A stretch of 64,000 bases of DNA, taken from an uncultured bacterium. Lineage in GTDB: Bacteria; Verrucomicrobiota; Verrucomicrobiia; Limisphaerales; UBA8199. The stretch is taken from positions 896,001-960,000 of the forward strand of contig CAVVMW010000006.1 in the NCBI GenBank assembly GCA_963749495.1, written 5' to 3'. This document shows, one piece after another, positions 63,025-64,000 of this stretch (its first letter is position 1; the number at the start of each line of letters is the position of its first letter). A model generated the notes under the pieces. It was not told where the DNA came from, ran no database searches, and saw only the letters and a list, made by a program, of their open reading frames with translations. Both the position numbers and the translations under genes were made by a program.

Positions 63025-64000
63025 ATGAATGCACATCCATTGGCTGGAAAACCTGCCCCGGCTGAATTGCTCATCAATGTCTCCCGGCTCGAGCGCGACT
63101 ATTACGAGCGCCAACCGGATCCGGCCCAGGCGCAGCAATTGGTCAGTTTCGGCACCAGCGGGCATCGGGGCACGCCGTTTGAGGGGACGTTCACCGAGGC
63201 GCACGTGCTGGCGATCGTGCAGGCGGTGTGCGACTACCGGCGGTTGCGGAACATCAACGGACCGCTCTTCATGGGCAAGGACACCCATGCCATCTCGGGC
63301 CGGCAGAGCGCACGGCCCTGGAGGTGCTCGCGGCCAACCAGGTCGTGACCGTCATCCAGCGCGACAACGGTTTCACCCCCACGCCGGCGATCTCGCGGGC
63401 GATCCTGGCCTGGAACCAGGGGGGCAACGACAGCGTGGCCGACGGCATCGGCATCACACCCTCGCACAACCCGCCGGGAGACGGCGGCTCGAGTACAATC
63501 CGCCTTCTGGCGGGCCGGCCGATACGGACGTCACGACCTGGGTGCAAGACCGCGCCAATGAACTGCTCAAGGCAGGCAATCGGGAAGCAAGACGCATCCC
63601 GTACGAACGCGCCTTGAAAGTGCCCACAACCAGCCAGGCCGATTTCGCCGCCAATTACACCCGCAACCTCGGCTCTGTCATCAATATGGATGCCATTGCC
63701 GCCTCTGGCATCCGCATCGGCGTGGACCCGCTGGGCGGCGCCTCGATACATTACTGGGAGCCCATCCGCGAGCGCTTCGGCCTCAACCTGAGCGTGGTCA
63801 ATCCCAAGGTGGATCCGACCTTCTCCTTCATGACGGTCGATCAGGATGGAAAGATCCGGATGGATTGCTCCAGCAAGTGGGCGATGCAAGGGCTGGTGAA
63901 ACTGCAGAAGAGCTTTGATATTGCCTTCGCCACGGATCCGGACGCCGACCGGCACGGCATCGTGACCCCGTCACACGGGTTGATGGACCCCAACCATTAC
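63025..64000 (+). CDS. pgm: Phosphoglucomutase (partial; frameshifts near 63300 and 63490)
   Basis: [47 protein letters not shown]. Confidence 0.92.

Overview
High-GC chromosomal segment, most likely from a Verrucomicrobiota bacterium (Pedosphaera/Limisphaera-like; inferred from gene repertoire and repeat types). Core genes: a membrane-arm-only complex I cluster nuoH-J-K-L-M-M-N, hisH, sod, pfp, alaS, recO, glnK-amtB-glnA, comEC, rlmN and pgm. Accessory genes include secreted modular proteins (RCC1-repeat, PQQ-propeller, LamG, BspA-LRR, glycoside-hydrolase-like, beta-helix), a Ser/Thr kinase-WD40 protein and three damaged toxin-antitoxin-like pairs. Two IS elements are present, with a dense set of REP-like palindromes, miniature elements and 7/9/12-mer tandem repeats. 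Many single-base frameshifts, even in alaS and glnA, point to an unpolished assembly. Most notable: (1) the glnA-comEC interval (41.9-52.2 kb) is a stack of cargo blocks delimited by duplicated comEC segments, one with an alternative 3' end, and by a duplicated glnA-downstream segment; (2) miniature elements with terminal inverted repeats and target duplications carry REP hairpins and insert into other REPs or in frame into nuoL; (3) heptamer arrays occur as inverted pairs that bracket genes; (4) several genes appear to have lost large internal parts; (5) four unrelated secreted proteins share a similar C-terminal domain. No rRNA, tRNA, CRISPR array, integrase or reverse transcriptase was seen. 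All family assignments are from reading motifs by eye; no searches were run.
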